64,000 bases of DNA from Dendrobates tinctorius (taxonomy: Eukaryota). Below are positions 62,120 through 64,000 of the stretch, in pieces. Numbering within the stretch: the first letter of the stretch is position 1; the number at the start of each line of letters is the position of its first letter. The notes under the pieces were generated by a model. That model did not search any database and was not told the origin of the DNA. It saw only the letters and a program-made list of their open reading frames with translations. The stretch is from positions 17,050,001-17,114,000 of the forward strand of contig NW_027361747.1 in the NCBI RefSeq assembly GCF_039654945.1, read 5' to 3'. The position numbers and the translations under genes are program-made.

Positions 62120-62184
62120 CGGACAGAGGGATCAGAGTCATGGATATTTAATCGGAGGTTTGGCTTACCCACTCCATAGCCCTG
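62120..62184 (-). mobile_element. hAT terminus of the CAGGGCTGTGGAGTCGG family
   Basis: Reverse complement CAGGGCTATGGAGTGGGTAAGCCAAACC matches 40538. Confidence 0.75.
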
Positions 62185-62998
62185 CTTTTTTTTGTCAATG
62201 GATGGCTGCTGGATCCTTTCTAAAGGATGACTACTGAACCTTAAAAGGGAGTATCCTAGACAAAAAACATGCCTAAGCACTAACAGGCAGCAATTGCAAC
62301 CTACCTGCCTGTTGTGCACGGAGAAGTTCTTAACCGACCAAGAGCTGTCACATACGACTCCTGCCAGGGATTCAGCTGCCTCTGCTGATGTCCCATCTAC
62401 AGAGCAGAGGCTTCTTTTCTGCTCCGTAGACAGGGCGGGGACTTCCGGAGTCATTTTGACTGACAGCTGTCTTCCCGCTGCCTAACTGGGGATCTGGATG
62501 TCAATTAAAATGATGGCAGAAGTCCCGCACCGTTGTGTCAGCAGAGACAGCTGACTCCCAGTCTGTGATCGCTCTGTGCCGGGGGAGAATGGCGCCGGCA
62601 CAACAGGCAGGCAAGTTGCAATTCCCTACCTGTTGGTGCCTAGGCACCATGTTTTCTTTTTTTACAACGCCCCGGATAACCTCTCAAAGAGCATTTACAC
62701 TGCTTTTGATAAGTGTGAATGAGCGTTTTTTTTTGTATAAAATGTTTCATGATTATCTTGTCATGTAAACAGGCTACTGATTAAACAATTACTGAGCGTT
62801 TTGCAAATCGCTTGTGCATCGGTTGGAAAGATCTTTTATGCAGTGTGAAGATCTGTGATGCCTCATCCTGTGTAATCAGGACCCGCACTGCTGAGAACAA
62901 CGGCAGCCTGTGTGCACTAAGTGGTCGCTGAGTGTGTATCGCTTACTTTGGTCTGCCTGTTTAAACAAGCATTCAAACAATTATCGATTTAAGGCTAA

Positions 62999-63382
62999 AG
63001 CCCCCGTTACACACTGCGATATCGCTAGCAATATCGCTGTAAAGTCACCGATTTTGTGACATTGCAGTGATATTGCTAGCGATATCGCTGCATGTGATAC
63101 TTACCTCGGACCGGCTCCCCCGCTGCTCATCGTTCGTCGCGCGAGAAGCTCCTGGATCATTTCTCATCGGGCGCTTCCTGTGGCGCCGACGAGCGACGCG
63201 TGGAGCCGGGCAGGAAGACGTCAGGATCGCCGCGTCTGACAGGTAAGTAGCAACCCCCGACCCCAGCGATGTCGCTGGTGAGATCTGCCTGTGTGGCAGC
63301 TCACTAGTGACCACTTAGCGATGCACCAGCGATCCATATCGTTGTCGGGATCGCTGGTGCATCGCTATGTGTAACGGTACCC
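62999..63382. mobile_element. Harbinger-type MITE
   Basis: Same family; TSD TAA. Confidence 0.88.
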
Positions 63383-64000
63383 TAACGCTCAGTCTCCGCA
63401 AGGTAAACTGTCTACTCTCTGGCTACCCTGCGGTGATTCCGGATGTGTTCCCTGAGCACATCCGGAATCACCGCGCGGCCAGACGGGGACGGGGCTTTGG
63501 GCAGACTGGGTTTTCCGCTCCATCCAAAGCGCAGCAAGAACGGTACGTGGAAACGTACCCTTAGAAGCTCACGGATTTCTAAACGTGGACAAGGCATGCA
63601 CAAGTATAAAGAAAAGACCTTGTTACAGTTGAACCAATCTTCAGGCTATTCTTCAGTGAACGCACCAGGAGACGAGCGCTGCTTAGAACAGGAGCAGTTC
63701 TGATACAGGAATTCCTCCTATTCAAGTTCCACAAGGGTGAGATGAGCTTTTCTTCAGTCCAGTTCCTTATTTTACCTATCTTCTTAACTACTCCTCATAG
63801 CTACATAGCAGAGTTCCCCGAGGCACAGGAGGATACCCTACAACACAGGCTTGTTAATTCATTAGTAATTAGACAGCTGTTTCTGCTGGGAGTGCACTTC
63901 CACCTCCGTAATTTAGCTGCCATTCTTCCAAAAGCTGCAGATGTGGCCATTAGGGTTACACTGCAACCAACAATTACTGCAGCATCCAAACCATGAGAAA

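Noticed and set aside
23082-64000. Scattered CACGTG E-boxes and RORE-like RGGTCA sites as clock autoregulatory elements
   Set aside because: The E-boxes noticed are few and mostly inside TEs; the RGGTCA sites I checked lack the WAWNT 5' extension; the scan was by eye and not exhaustive

Overview
Vertebrate genomic DNA, almost certainly an anuran (frog); this is inferred from the repeat families present. The only host gene is clock (bHLH-PAS circadian transcription factor) on the minus strand. Eight coding exons between 23005 and 796 have canonical GT/AG sites and splice in frame to 765 nt = 255 codons, covering the N-terminus, bHLH and PAS-A (human residues ~10-264). The gene continues off the left edge. 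The 41 kb upstream of the first coding exon holds no other recognisable gene or CpG-island promoter and is probably 5'-UTR intron. The rest is a dense, deeply nested transposon landscape: several Tc1 families, pogo-like MITEs, at least eight copies of one Harbinger-type MITE family, two full-length frameshifted hAT transposons, a 5.6-kb Tx1-like TTAA element carrying a young CR1, L2 fragments, V-SINEs, two DIRS1 pieces, two solo LTRs, Penelope-like fragments with hammerhead-like cores, and large minisatellites. Most noteworthy: (i) a 65-bp tandem array whose unit contains the terminal motif of a hAT family whose full-length copy lies 5 kb away, in the clock orientation with a splice acceptor before its ATG; (ii) a circularly permuted ~397-bp Penelope/retrozyme-like unit with a hammerhead-like motif; (iii) several features that could tune clock splicing or translation. 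All functional readings are hypotheses. I cannot show a new biological system from sequence alone.
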